A stretch of DNA of 64,000 bases from Candidatus Alistipes stercoravium. Lineage in GTDB: Bacteria; Bacteroidota; Bacteroidia; Bacteroidales; Rikenellaceae. The position numbers and the translations under genes were made by a program. The stretch is taken from NCBI GenBank assembly GCA_019119615.1, contig DWWQ01000006.1, forward strand, positions 4,079 to 68,078. The letters are read 5' to 3'. The notes below the pieces were generated by a model. The model searched no databases, was not told the DNA's origin, and worked only from the letters and a program-made list of their open reading frames with translations. Below, one piece after another: positions 9,988 through 19,603 of this stretch (positions within the stretch are counted from its first letter, which is position 1; each line of letters opens with the position of its first letter).

Positions 9988-10113
9988 GTCCTTTTGATTT
10001 TCGACCGCAAATTTAACGCTTTTCACCGAATAACCAATCGCCTGCACCCCTTTCTTTTGGCTTTTCGCTCCGCTTGCATTATCTTTGTCTTCCGAAATAC
10101 CCCGAACCGACAC

Positions 10114-11397
10114 ATGGAAATTCTCATCATCGTCATCCTGATCCTCCTCAACGGAGTATTCGCCATGTCCGAAATGGCTCTCGTCTCCGCCCGGAAGTCG
10201 AACCTCGAAATGCAGGCCCGGCAGGGCAGCAAAGGTGCACGAAAAGCCCTCAAACTCGCCAAAGACCCCGACCGATTCCTATCCACCGTGCAGATCGGAA
10301 TCACCCTGATCGGAATCCTTACCGGTATCTACTCCGGAGATACCCTCGCCGCCAGGTTCGGAACCAGCCTCGCCACCCTCGGAATACCCGTCCGGACGGC
10401 AACCGTCATCGCACAGGTCGCCATCGTCATCGTCGTCACCTACCTGACCATCATCTTCGGCGAACTCGTCCCCAAACGCATCGGCATGAACGCCGCAGAA
10501 CGCGCCGCAAAGATCGTAGCACGGCCCATGGGATTCCTCGCCGCAATCGCCTCGCCCTTCGTCTGGCTCCTCGCCAAAAGCACCGCTGCCGTTACCCGAA
10601 TCCTGGGACTCCGGGAGTCCGGAAGCAAGGTCACCGAAGCCGAAATCCGATCCATCATCCAGGAGGGAACCGAAGACGGGGCGGTTCAGGAGGTCGAACA
10701 GCAGATCGTCGGCCGCGTCTTCTCGCTCGGAGACCGTACCGTCGAGTCGATCATGACCCACCGAAGCGAAATCGCATGGATCGACCTCGCCATGACGCCC
10801 GAACAGATTCACGAAATCGTCGCACAGGCCCCACACAACCGATACCCCGTCGGCGACGGAAGCCTCGACAGAATCCTCGGCGTGGTCTATCTCAAAGACC
10901 TATTCCTCCACCTGACCGATCCCGACTTCGATATCCGAAAACTGATCACTCCCGGAAAATTCTTCCACGAGGAGTTCGAAGTCTACAACGCCCTCGAACA
11001 GCTCCGCAGCGAACAGCTCGGGTACGGAATCATCTGCGACGAATTCGGTGTCACCCGCGGAATCATCACCCTCAAAGACATCTTCGAGGCGCTCGTCGGC
11101 GAACTCCCCGACCCCCGCGAGGAACCCGACATCGTGCGACGCGACGACGGTAGCGCACTCGTCGACGGGCAGTGCCCCTTCTACGACTTCCTCGCCGCGT
11201 TCGGCGTCGAGGACGACTTCCCCGCCAATGCCTACAACACCGTCAGCGGTCTGATCCTCGACCTGCTCGGACATATCCCCGCAACGGGCGAAAAACTCGA
11301 ATGGTGCGGTTTCTCGTTCGAAATCGTCGACATGGACGGAGCCCGAATCGACAAAATACTCGTCACCCACCGTCCGCAAGAACCCGAAGAAGCATGA
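10114..11397 (+). CDS. HlyC/CorC (CNNM-CBS-CorC) family transporter-associated protein
   Basis: LNGVFAMSEMALVSARK, STVQIGITLIGIL, GELVPKRIG, CBS pair, DEFGVTRGIITLKD, VDMDGARIDK. -7 box TATCTTTG at 10080-10087. Confidence 0.93.
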   Translation: MEILIIVILILLNGVFAMSEMALVSARKSNLEMQARQGSKGARKALKLAKDPDRFLSTVQIGITLIGILTGIYSGDTLAARFGTSLATLGIPVRTATVIAQVAIVIVVTYLTIIFGELVPKRIGMNAAERAAKIVARPMGFLAAIASPFVWLLAKSTAAVTRILGLRESGSKVTEAEIRSIIQEGTEDGAVQEVEQQIVGRVFSLGDRTVESIMTHRSEIAWIDLAMTPEQIHEIVAQAPHNRYPVGDGSLDRILGVVYLKDLFLHLTDPDFDIRKLITPGKFFHEEFEVYNALEQLRSEQLGYGIICDEFGVTRGIITLKDIFEALVGELPDPREEPDIVRRDDGSALVDGQCPFYDFLAAFGVEDDFPANAYNTVSGLILDLLGHIPATGEKLEWCGFSFEIVDMDGARIDKILVTHRPQEPEEA

Positions 11398-12416
11398 AAA
11401 TCGCCGACATAGACCTCGGAGAACAGCCCCTGCTGCTCGCACCCATGGAGGACGTCACCGACCCCTCGTTCCGATACATGTGCAAACGCTTCGGCGCCGA
11501 TGTCGTATACACCGAATTCATCTCCTCCGACGGACTCATCCGCGATGCCGCCAAATCGCTCAAGAAACTCGAAATCGACGACGCGGAGCGCCCCGTGGGC
11601 ATTCAGATCTACGGCCATCTGATCGAACCGATGGTCGAGGCGGCCCGCATGGCCGAAGCGGCCCGGCCCGACATCATCGACATCAACTTCGGCTGCCCGG
11701 TGAAGAAGATCGCCGGACGCGGCGCCGGTTCGGGCATGATGCGCGACGTGCCGCTGATGGTCGAGATGACGCGGCAGATCGTCCGCGCCGTGAAGACCCC
11801 CGTAACGGTCAAGACCCGGCTGGGATGGGACGAGGAGTCGAAGAACATCGAGGAGATCGCCCTCCGGCTGCAGGATGTCGGCATCGCGGCGCTCACCATA
11901 CACGGCCGCACCCGCGCCCAGATGTACCGCGGAGAGGCGGACTGGACCCTCATCGGCCGCGTGAAGGACAACCCGCAGATCCATATTCCGATCATCGGAA
12001 ACGGCGACGTCGATTCGGGCCCCAAGGCCCGGGAGATGTTCGACCGCTACGGCGTGGACGGCGTGATGATCGGACGCGCGACCTACGGGCGCCCGTGGAT
12101 CTTCCGCGAGGTAAAGCACTACCTGCGAACCGGCGAGGTACTGCCCCAGCCCTCGGTCGTAGAGCGGGTCCGCATCGCCAAGGAGCACCTGCACAAATCA
12201 CTCGAAATCAAGGGCGATCATGTCGGAATTCTTGAGATGCGGCGCCACCTAACCAACTACTTCAAGGGGCTTCCCAACTTCAAGGAGACGCGGCTGAAGC
12301 TCGTAACGTCGCTCGACATCGATGAGCTGTTCGCCACGCTCGACCTCATCGCCGAACGGTGGGGAGACTACGACCTCTCGGCAGCCGTACCCGTCCCGCT
12401 CTCGCACGACCTGTAA
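11394..12416 (+). CDS. dusB: tRNA dihydrouridine synthase
   Basis: LAPMEDVTD, DINFGCPVKK, TVKTRLGW, IHGRTR, GNGD, GVMIGR. ATGA overlap with the upstream gene. Confidence 0.95.
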   Translation: MKIADIDLGEQPLLLAPMEDVTDPSFRYMCKRFGADVVYTEFISSDGLIRDAAKSLKKLEIDDAERPVGIQIYGHLIEPMVEAARMAEAARPDIIDINFGCPVKKIAGRGAGSGMMRDVPLMVEMTRQIVRAVKTPVTVKTRLGWDEESKNIEEIALRLQDVGIAALTIHGRTRAQMYRGEADWTLIGRVKDNPQIHIPIIGNGDVDSGPKAREMFDRYGVDGVMIGRATYGRPWIFREVKHYLRTGEVLPQPSVVERVRIAKEHLHKSLEIKGDHVGILEMRRHLTNYFKGLPNFKETRLKLVTSLDIDELFATLDLIAERWGDYDLSAAVPVPLSHDL

Positions 12417-12432
12417 CGACCGGCCTTCCCAT

Positions 12433-12469
12433 AAAAAAACGGCACCGCTGCTTGCGATGCCGTTTTTTT
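12433..12469. terminator. Bidirectional terminator (dusB/mgsA)
   Basis: A7-CGGCA...TGCCG-T7. Confidence 0.85.
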
Positions 12470-12495
12470 CGTCTCCGGGATCTGCTCCCCCGCTG

Positions 12496-12984
12496 CTATT
12501 TCAGCACCCGCTCGATATAGGCCTTGTAGTCCTTGACAACGGGCTTGTAGTTCTCGTCCTCGAACAGCGGCGAGGAAATCAGGAAGTCCGCCGTCGAGCG
12601 ATTGACGGCCGTCGGTACGTTGTAGAGCGTCGCCAGGCGCAGCAACGCCTTGACATCGACATCGTGCGGCTGGGCCGACATGGGATCCCAGAAGAAGATC
12701 AGCGCGTCGATGCGTCCGTCGGCAATGAGCGATCCCAGCTGCTGATCGCCGCCCAGCGGGCCCGACTTGAGCAGCGTGATCCGAAGCTCGGGATGCGGCA
12801 GGGCGTTCGGCTCCTCATCGCGATGGTGGTCACGGAGCGTACGCTCGACCATCTTGCCCGTCGTTCCCGTGCACACCAGATGGTGCGCGCTCAACTTCGC
12901 GCAGTTCCATTCGACCCACTCCGCCAGGTCGCGTTTCATGTTGTCGTGGGCCACAAGGGCCAGCACCTTCATCTTCTGTTCCAT
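12496..12984 (-). CDS. mgsA: Methylglyoxal synthase
   Basis: LALVAHDNMK, TGTTG, SGPLGGDQQ, FFWDP, PHDVDVKALLR. Confidence 0.96.
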   Translation of the reverse strand: MEQKMKVLALVAHDNMKRDLAEWVEWNCAKLSAHHLVCTGTTGKMVERTLRDHHRDEEPNALPHPELRITLLKSGPLGGDQQLGSLIADGRIDALIFFWDPMSAQPHDVDVKALLRLATLYNVPTAVNRSTADFLISSPLFEDENYKPVVKDYKAYIERVLK

Positions 12985-13035
12985 ACGGTCGTTATCTGAA
13001 CTCCCGGCACACCGTCCCGCAGGACGGCGCCCGCC

Positions 13036-13452
13036 TTACTCCTGCGCAGCCTCTTCCTCCGTCCCGGGAGCGAACTCCGTGAAGCCCGTTTGCACGAGGA
13101 GGTTGAACCATGCAAAGCACTTCTTCATGTCCGAAACATGCACGCGGTCCCGGTCATACTCCGGGAGCACCTCGGCAAAGTAGGCCTTCAGCTTCTCCGG
13201 AGCCTCCTTCGGGCTGATCGCCTCCTTGCCGCCGGTATGGGCGTAAAGGCGCGTGAAAACCTCGTGAAGCGGAATATCGTCGCCCTCGGTGAACATCGAA
13301 ATGTCGGACAGGGCGCTTACCCGCGCATTTGCCGCAGCGTTCATGCGCCGTCCGTCGAGCAGCGACTCGACGATCACGCCCCGCGTGGACTGTGCCACAT
13401 ATTTGTAAAGCCCGGGCTGCCCCGAAATGGCAAGAATCTCCTTCAGTTCCAT
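13036..13452 (-). CDS. DUF5606-family conserved Bacteroidota protein
   Basis: ILAISGQPGLYK...VSALSDISMFT...DRVHVSDMKK..WFN. Confidence 0.8.
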   Translation of the reverse strand: MELKEILAISGQPGLYKYVAQSTRGVIVESLLDGRRMNAAANARVSALSDISMFTEGDDIPLHEVFTRLYAHTGGKEAISPKEAPEKLKAYFAEVLPEYDRDRVHVSDMKKCFAWFNLLVQTGFTEFAPGTEEEAAQE

Positions 13453-13483
13453 AATTCCTTGAAAATAGTTGGGTTATAAATGG

Positions 13484-14419
13484 TTATTCATGCTTCACAT
13501 GGACATCCATCTGCGGGAACGGGAAGTTGATGCCCGCAGCGGGAAGCTCCTTGTAGAAGCGTTCGTTGTACTCGAAATAGACGTCCCAGTAATCGGTATT
13601 CTTCGTCCATACACGCACGGTGAGGTTCACCGAACTGTCGGCAAGGGCCGAAACCCGGACAACGGGCTCGGCAGGATCCTTCAGAATCCGCGCATCGGCC
13701 GCAAACATCGCCAGAATCGTCCGCCGTGCCACATCCACATCATCGCCGTAGGAGATCCCGACGCTCCAGTCCACACGCCGCAGGTCGGCCGTCGTGTAGT
13801 TGTCGATGATGGCCGTGGCGATCGAATTGTTCGGAATATAGATCGTCTGGTTGTCCGTCGTGGTGATGACCGTCGAGAAGAGCTTGATCTCCCGCACCGT
13901 ACCCGACTGTCCCTGAGCCGAGATGTAGTCGCCGACACGGTAGGGCTTCATCAGCAGGATCATCACGCCGCCGGCAAAGTTCTGCGCCGTGCCGCTCAAG
14001 GCCATACCGATGGCCAGCGTGGCGGCCGAGAAGACGGCGATCAGCGACGTAACGTTCACACCGAGCGTCGAGACGACGATGAGGACCAGCAACAGCATGA
14101 AGACTACGCGGATCGTATTGCGCAGGAACGACCGCAGCGAGATGTCCACCTGGCGACGCTCGCAGATGGCATCCACGATATGGATCAGCCGGTGCACGAT
14201 CCATCGCCCGATGAAGTAAACCACCAAGGCAATAAGGATCTTCACCAGAATCCAGATCGACTGCGACAGCAGGTTCTGCAGCAGCGTGTCCACATCCAGA
14301 TTGGCGAGCTTACGGACCGCCTCCGCAAAGTTGGCCTTCTGCACGCTGTCGGGGACAATCAAAGGTGCCTTGTCCGCCTGGGCGAAGAATCCGAATAGGA
14401 GGCCGTAAATACCGTTCAT
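13484..14419 (-). CDS. mscS: Small-conductance mechanosensitive channel
   Basis: GMALSGTAQNFAGGVMILLMKPYRVGD, IPN, RRVDWSVGISY, FPFPQMDVH. Start uncertain (14419 or 14431). Confidence 0.9.
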   Translation of the reverse strand: MNGIYGLLFGFFAQADKAPLIVPDSVQKANFAEAVRKLANLDVDTLLQNLLSQSIWILVKILIALVVYFIGRWIVHRLIHIVDAICERRQVDISLRSFLRNTIRVVFMLLLVLIVVSTLGVNVTSLIAVFSAATLAIGMALSGTAQNFAGGVMILLMKPYRVGDYISAQGQSGTVREIKLFSTVITTTDNQTIYIPNNSIATAIIDNYTTADLRRVDWSVGISYGDDVDVARRTILAMFAADARILKDPAEPVVRVSALADSSVNLTVRVWTKNTDYWDVYFEYNERFYKELPAAGINFPFPQMDVHVKHE

Positions 14420-14524
14420 AACGATTCGCATATAAAGTTTCGGGGACAAAAATAAAGAAAAAAAGGGGAAGTTTATTAACTTTGTCCATATTTTACAGCA
14501 GTAAGCGGAAACAGATCACTCAAA

Positions 14525-15748
14525 ATGCAGAACGACGTAGAAATCATCCAGATCAACATATCCGGCGAAGACAAACCCGGAATGACCTCCTCGCTGACCG
14601 AGATCCTGGCCCGGTACGACGCCTTCATCCTCGACATCGGACAGGCCAACATCCACCAGTCGCTGACACTCGGAATCCTCATACGCACCACGGCCGACAA
14701 GTCGGGAAGCATCATGAAGGAACTGCTGTTCAAAGCCTCCGAACTGGGCGTGATGATCCGCTTCACACCCATCACCGAGGAGCGCTACAACGACTGGGTG
14801 AGCCGTCAGGGCAAGAACCGCTACATCATCACCCTGCTGGGACGCACCGTAACGGCCCGGCACATCGCCGAAGTTACGAAAACCGTCGCCGAACACGGCC
14901 TCAACATCGACGCCATAAAGCGTCTGACAGGACGCGTACCCCTGCACAAGGACGACCGTGCGGCCCGTTCATGCATCGAACTCTCGGTGCGCGGTTCGCT
15001 CACGGATGCCGACCGCAGCACCATGCAGGAGCGTTTCATGAACCTCTCGGAGATCGGCCTCGACGTCTCGTTCCAGAAGGATGACATCTACCGGCGCAGC
15101 CGACGCCTGATCTGCTTCGACATGGACTCCACGCTCATCGAAACCGAGGTGATCGACGAACTGGCCGAAAAGGCCGGAGTCGGCGCCCAGGTGCGCGCCA
15201 TTACGGAACGCGCTATGCGGGGCGAAATCGACTTCCGCCAGAGCTTCACCGAGCGTGTGGCCCTGCTCAAGGGACTCGAGGTATCGGTCATGGAGGAGAT
15301 CGCCCATGCACTGCCCATCACCGAGGGTCTCGAACGCATGATGACCATTCTCAAGCGCGTGGGATACAAGACGGCGATCCTCTCCGGAGGTTTCACCTAC
15401 TTCGGAAACTACCTGCGGCAGAAATACGGCTTCGACTATGTCTATGCCAACGAACTGGAGATCGAGGACGGACGTCTGACGGGACGCTATGCCGGCGAGA
15501 TCGTGGACGGACGCCGCAAGGCCGAATTGTTGCGGCTGCTCTGCCAATTCGAGGGAATCAACATCGCCCAGTCGGTGGCCGTAGGAGACGGCGCGAACGA
15601 CCTGCCGATGCTCAACCTCGCCGGTCTGGGCATCGCCTTCCATGCCAAACCCAAAGTAAAGGCCACGGCCCGGCAGTCGATCTCGACGATCGGGCTGGAC
15701 GGCATCCTCTACTTCCTCGGTCTGAAGGATTCCCGTATCGAAGAATGA
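14525..15748 (+). CDS. serB: Phosphoserine phosphatase with two ACT domains
   Basis: FDMDSTLI, LSGGF, GDGANDLPM, N-terminal GEDKPG ACT motif. -7 box TAACTTTG at 14477-14484. Confidence 0.95.
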   Translation: MQNDVEIIQINISGEDKPGMTSSLTEILARYDAFILDIGQANIHQSLTLGILIRTTADKSGSIMKELLFKASELGVMIRFTPITEERYNDWVSRQGKNRYIITLLGRTVTARHIAEVTKTVAEHGLNIDAIKRLTGRVPLHKDDRAARSCIELSVRGSLTDADRSTMQERFMNLSEIGLDVSFQKDDIYRRSRRLICFDMDSTLIETEVIDELAEKAGVGAQVRAITERAMRGEIDFRQSFTERVALLKGLEVSVMEEIAHALPITEGLERMMTILKRVGYKTAILSGGFTYFGNYLRQKYGFDYVYANELEIEDGRLTGRYAGEIVDGRRKAELLRLLCQFEGINIAQSVAVGDGANDLPMLNLAGLGIAFHAKPKVKATARQSISTIGLDGILYFLGLKDSRIEE

Positions 15749-16515
15749 TTCGACGCTGTGCGATAGTCGCGGCCATGCTGTTGGCCGCGGGCTGCTACGA
15801 CGCTCCTTACGGAGAGCCGGACGAGGGCGAACAGCCGCCCCTGCGCACCGAGACCATCGCCACACTCCGCAAACGATATCCCGGAAAGACGCTGCGGCTC
15901 GAAGGCCAGATCATTGTCGAAGGTGTCGTATCGAGCTGCGACAAGGCCGGGAACTTCTACCGCTCGTTCTGCATCGAGGAGGAGGGCGCCGGCATCGAGA
16001 TCATGGCCGGTATCGACCAGCTGCACAACGACTACCCCATCGGTTGCCGCGTCTCGCTCTCGCTCGAAGGACTGGCGCTGGGCGAAAGCCGCGGCGTACT
16101 GCAGATAGGACGGATGCCCGCACCCGAGAGCGGATATGCCACGGATTACATCGGATCGAAGCCCGCTCTCGACCGCATCGTAACAAGACATGGCGAAGCA
16201 CTGCAGCCGCCCGAACCGGCATGGTACGAAATCCGCAACCTCACGACGGAACAGTGCGGAACGCTGGTCTGTGTCGGCCCGGTACGCTATTATCCGGAGG
16301 AGATGTCGGAATCGGCATGGGCCGGGTACAAGCAGTTTATCGACCGGGAGGGTACCGCGGTATACACCTATGTACGCGACTATGCCCGTTTCGCGGGGGA
16401 AGAGGTGCCTACGGGGGAGGTCATGCTCTCGGGAATACTCCAATACGACGAATCGGGCGAAGGCCGATACATCATCAAGCTGCGCGATGAGGAGGATTGT
16501 CGGAAAATACGGTAA
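15745..16515 (+). CDS. DUF5689-like (OB-fold type) lipoprotein 1
   Basis: Lipobox LLAAGC, then TIATLRKRY, EGVVSSCDKAGNFYRSFCIEEEGAGIEI, YPIGCRVSLSLEGLALG. Confidence 0.7.
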   Translation: MIRRCAIVAAMLLAAGCYDAPYGEPDEGEQPPLRTETIATLRKRYPGKTLRLEGQIIVEGVVSSCDKAGNFYRSFCIEEEGAGIEIMAGIDQLHNDYPIGCRVSLSLEGLALGESRGVLQIGRMPAPESGYATDYIGSKPALDRIVTRHGEALQPPEPAWYEIRNLTTEQCGTLVCVGPVRYYPEEMSESAWAGYKQFIDREGTAVYTYVRDYARFAGEEVPTGEVMLSGILQYDESGEGRYIIKLRDEEDCRKIR

Positions 16516-17278
16516 GGCCATCTGCGTCGCCCTGCTGCTCACGGCGGGTTGCGACAAGGCCTCCCGGCCGGAACCCCGCGAGGAGCAGCCGGCAACGAAC
16601 AGCATCGCCCATCTCAAATCGCTCTGCGACGGCCGCAGCAGCGTCGTCATCACGGACGAGATCACCATTGTGGGGTTCATCACGGCAAACGATCTCTACG
16701 GCGAGTTCTACAAGTCGCTGGTTCTCGAAGATGCGAGCGGCGGAATCACCGTGGCGGCCGACCTGGAATCGGTGGCGGAGGTCTGTCCCTTCGGATATGT
16801 GGCTACGCTGTATTGTCAAGGGCTCGTGCTGACCGACTACGGCGGAAAGATCCAGATCGGCACGGAGTCGGAAGGAAGCGGCGCCGGACGTATTCCCGAA
16901 GCGGATTTCGCCCGCTACGTCAGCGTACGGGTTCCTTCCGAGGGAGAAGTGCACCGCGCAAGGACTATCACGCTCGGGGATATCTCGGAACGACTCATCG
17001 ACACGCGGGTGAGGATCGACGGCGTGCACTTCACGCAACCCGACGCAACGTGGTGCGATACGGATCCCGAAACCGGACGCAGCATCACGACCGAGCGGAC
17101 CATTGCCGACGAACAGGGCCGGACACTCGTCGTGCGCAGTCCGGGAACCTGCTCCTATGCAAGAGAGCCCCTGCCTTCCGGCACGGGCTCCCTGTACGGT
17201 ATCATCGACTATTTCAACGGAAAATACACGCTCCGCGTTACGAATCACGATGTCGTGTTCCGGAACGGTCAGCGCTGA
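16487..17278 (+). CDS. DUF5689-like (OB-fold type) lipoprotein 2
   Basis: Lipobox LLTAGC, then [56 protein letters not shown]. Visibly paralogous to the upstream gene. Start could be slightly downstream. Confidence 0.72.
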   Translation: MRRIVGKYGKAICVALLLTAGCDKASRPEPREEQPATNSIAHLKSLCDGRSSVVITDEITIVGFITANDLYGEFYKSLVLEDASGGITVAADLESVAEVCPFGYVATLYCQGLVLTDYGGKIQIGTESEGSGAGRIPEADFARYVSVRVPSEGEVHRARTITLGDISERLIDTRVRIDGVHFTQPDATWCDTDPETGRSITTERTIADEQGRTLVVRSPGTCSYAREPLPSGTGSLYGIIDYFNGKYTLRVTNHDVVFRNGQR

Positions 17279-18282
17279 AGCGCCTCCCAGAGCATGTCCT
17301 TCAACTGCGGGATGTTCATGCCCGAAACCGAGGAGATGAAAATCGACGGAACGCCCTCGGGCAGGTGGGCACGCATCTCGCGGATCAGCCCCTCGTCCAG
17401 CATGTCGCACTTGGTAACAGCCAGAAGCCGCTCCTTGTCCAGCAGTTCGGGATTGTACTGCGTCAGCTCGCCGAGCAGAATGTCGTAATCGCGGCGGATG
17501 TCGTCGCTGTCGGCCGGAATCATGAACAGCAGCACCGAATTGCGCTCGATATGGCGCAGGAAGCGGGTCCCCAGCCCCCGGCCTTCGTGCGCTCCTTCGA
17601 TGATGCCCGGGATGTCGGCCATGACGAACGACTTGTGGTCGCGGACCTCGACGATGCCCAGGTTCGGTTCGAGCGTCGTGAAGGCGTAGTTGGCGATCTT
17701 CGGCTTGGCAGCCGAGACAACCGACAGCAGGGTCGATTTACCCGCATTCGGGAAGCCGACCAAACCGACGTCGGCCAGCACCTTCAGTTCGAGAATAAAG
17801 GCCCCTTCGTCGCCCTCCTCACCGGGCTGTGCGTAACGCGGCGTCTGGTTCGTGGCGCTCTTGAAGTGCCAGTTGCCCAGGCCGCCCCGGCCGCCCTGCA
17901 GCAGCACGAGGCGTTCGCCGTCGGCGGTAACCTCGCCGACCAGTTCGGTCGTCGTCGTACCGTCTTCGAGTTCGACGACACGCCGTGCCACCGTGCCCAG
18001 CGGCACGGGTATCACGATATCCCTGGCATCCTTGCCCGAAGAGCGGGCGCCCGAGCCGTTCTGGCCGTCCTCGGCGAACTGGTGCCGCTGGTATTTGAGG
18101 TGGATGAGCGTCCAGTACTGCTTGTCGCCCTGCAGGATGATGCTGCCCCCGCGGCCGCCGTCGCCGCCGTCGGGACCGCCGAAGGCCACGAACTTCTCGC
18201 GGCGGAAATGCGCCGAACCGGCACCGCCGTGCCCCGAGCGGGCAAAGATCTTCACATAATCTACGAAATTGGAACCTGCCAT
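17269..18282 (-). CDS. obgE: GTPase ObgE/CgtA
   Basis: [42 protein letters not shown]. -7 box at 18304-18311. Confidence 0.98.
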   Translation of the reverse strand: MAGSNFVDYVKIFARSGHGGAGSAHFRREKFVAFGGPDGGDGGRGGSIILQGDKQYWTLIHLKYQRHQFAEDGQNGSGARSSGKDARDIVIPVPLGTVARRVVELEDGTTTTELVGEVTADGERLVLLQGGRGGLGNWHFKSATNQTPRYAQPGEEGDEGAFILELKVLADVGLVGFPNAGKSTLLSVVSAAKPKIANYAFTTLEPNLGIVEVRDHKSFVMADIPGIIEGAHEGRGLGTRFLRHIERNSVLLFMIPADSDDIRRDYDILLGELTQYNPELLDKERLLAVTKCDMLDEGLIREMRAHLPEGVPSIFISSVSGMNIPQLKDMLWEALQR

Positions 18283-18355
18283 AATCTTTTCATTCTCCGC
18301 CTGCAAAGATAATGCAATCCGGAATGCAAACCAAATCCGGAGGTCGGGCCAATGC

Positions 18356-18388
18356 AGCAGGGCCGCCGCACAGTGCGGCGGCCCTGCT
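18356..18388. terminator. Perfect 15-bp hairpin downstream of ald (probable terminator or stabiliser, no U-tract)
   Basis: AGCAGGGCCGCCGCA-cag-TGCGGCGGCCCTGCT. Confidence 0.6.
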
Positions 18389-18406
18389 CTCTCTCCTTAC
18401 GAGGAA

Positions 18407-19513
18407 TCAGAGCGTCAGGGGCTCGTAGGGAAACCCCCACGCCTCGGCTACGGGGCGGTAGACCACCTTGCCCTGCACGACGTTCAGGCCGAGGGCCAGT
18501 TCGTGATTCTCCCGTGCGGCACGCTCCCAGCCCTTGTCGGCCAGCTGGATGACATAAGGCAGCGTGGCGTTCGTCAGCGCGAGGGTCGAAGTACGCGGAA
18601 CGGCGCCCGGGATATTCGCCACGCAGTAGTGCAGGATGCCGTCCACATAATAGACCGGATCCTCGTGCGTCGTCGGACGCGACGTCTCGAAGCAGCCGCC
18701 CTGGTCGATGGCCACATCGACCATGACCGTGCCCGGCTCCATGTCGCGCAGCATGTCGCGCGTAACGAGTTTCGGAGCCTTGGCGCCCGGGATCAGCACC
18801 GAACCGATCACCAGATCGGCGTGCTTGAGCTCCTCGCGGATGTTGTACTCCGAGGACATGAGCGTCTTGACGTTGCGCGGCATCACGTCGGCCAGGTAGG
18901 TCAGACGCTGGAGCGAAATGTCGCAGATCGTAACATCGGCACCCGTTCCGGCAGCCGTGCGGGCCGCAGCCGTACCGACGACACCGGCTCCGATGACGAA
19001 GACCTTGGCGGGTTTCACACCCGGGACACCGCCCAGAAGCACGCCCTTGCCGCCGCGCGGCTTCTCCAGGAAATAACGGCCCTCCTGCGTGGCCATGCGG
19101 CCCGCCACCTCGGACATGGGAATAAGCAGCGGCAGCGACCGGTCCGCACGCTCGACCGTCTCATAAGCACAGCAGACGGCACCGCTTTCGATCATCGCAT
19201 GGGTCAGGGGCTCGCTGCTCGCAAAATGGAAATAGGTGAAAACCAGCTGGTCGCGACGCACCAGCTTGTATTCCGGAGCAATGGGCTCCTTGACCTTGAC
19301 GATCATCTCGGCCGTAGCATACACCTCCTCGATCGTGGGAAGGATCCGGGCTCCGACAGCCGTATAGGCCTCGTCCGGGAATCCGCTGTTCACACCGGCC
19401 AGCGTCTGCACACAGACCTCATGGCCCCGTTTGATCAGCTCCTGCGCACCTGCGGGGGTCAGCGCCACGCGATTTTCGTTGTTCTTGATCTCTTTGGGAA
19501 TACCGATAATCAT
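18407..19513 (-). CDS. ald: Alanine dehydrogenase
   Basis: [53 protein letters not shown]. Confidence 0.97.
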   Translation of the reverse strand: MIIGIPKEIKNNENRVALTPAGAQELIKRGHEVCVQTLAGVNSGFPDEAYTAVGARILPTIEEVYATAEMIVKVKEPIAPEYKLVRRDQLVFTYFHFASSEPLTHAMIESGAVCCAYETVERADRSLPLLIPMSEVAGRMATQEGRYFLEKPRGGKGVLLGGVPGVKPAKVFVIGAGVVGTAAARTAAGTGADVTICDISLQRLTYLADVMPRNVKTLMSSEYNIREELKHADLVIGSVLIPGAKAPKLVTRDMLRDMEPGTVMVDVAIDQGGCFETSRPTTHEDPVYYVDGILHYCVANIPGAVPRTSTLALTNATLPYVIQLADKGWERAARENHELALGLNVVQGKVVYRPVAEAWGFPYEPLTL

Positions 19514-19603
19514 AAGGCGGGAAGTTTTTAAGGTTTTTCGCCCCTCAAAATACGAATTTTACGGCAAAATCCAAAAAATACAGACAATTTTTCAGCATCG
19601 GCA

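Noticed and set aside
8116-11397. 1093-aa + strand ORF, and similar giant ORFs (19667..22042, 37167..39224, 41272..44592, 47883..50339, 59189..60532)
   Set aside because: These are antisense or shadow frames of argS, the barrel gene, secDF, dnaK, the surface lipoprotein and speA, caused by stop-poor high-GC codon usage. Only the 10114-11397 part of the first is a real gene.
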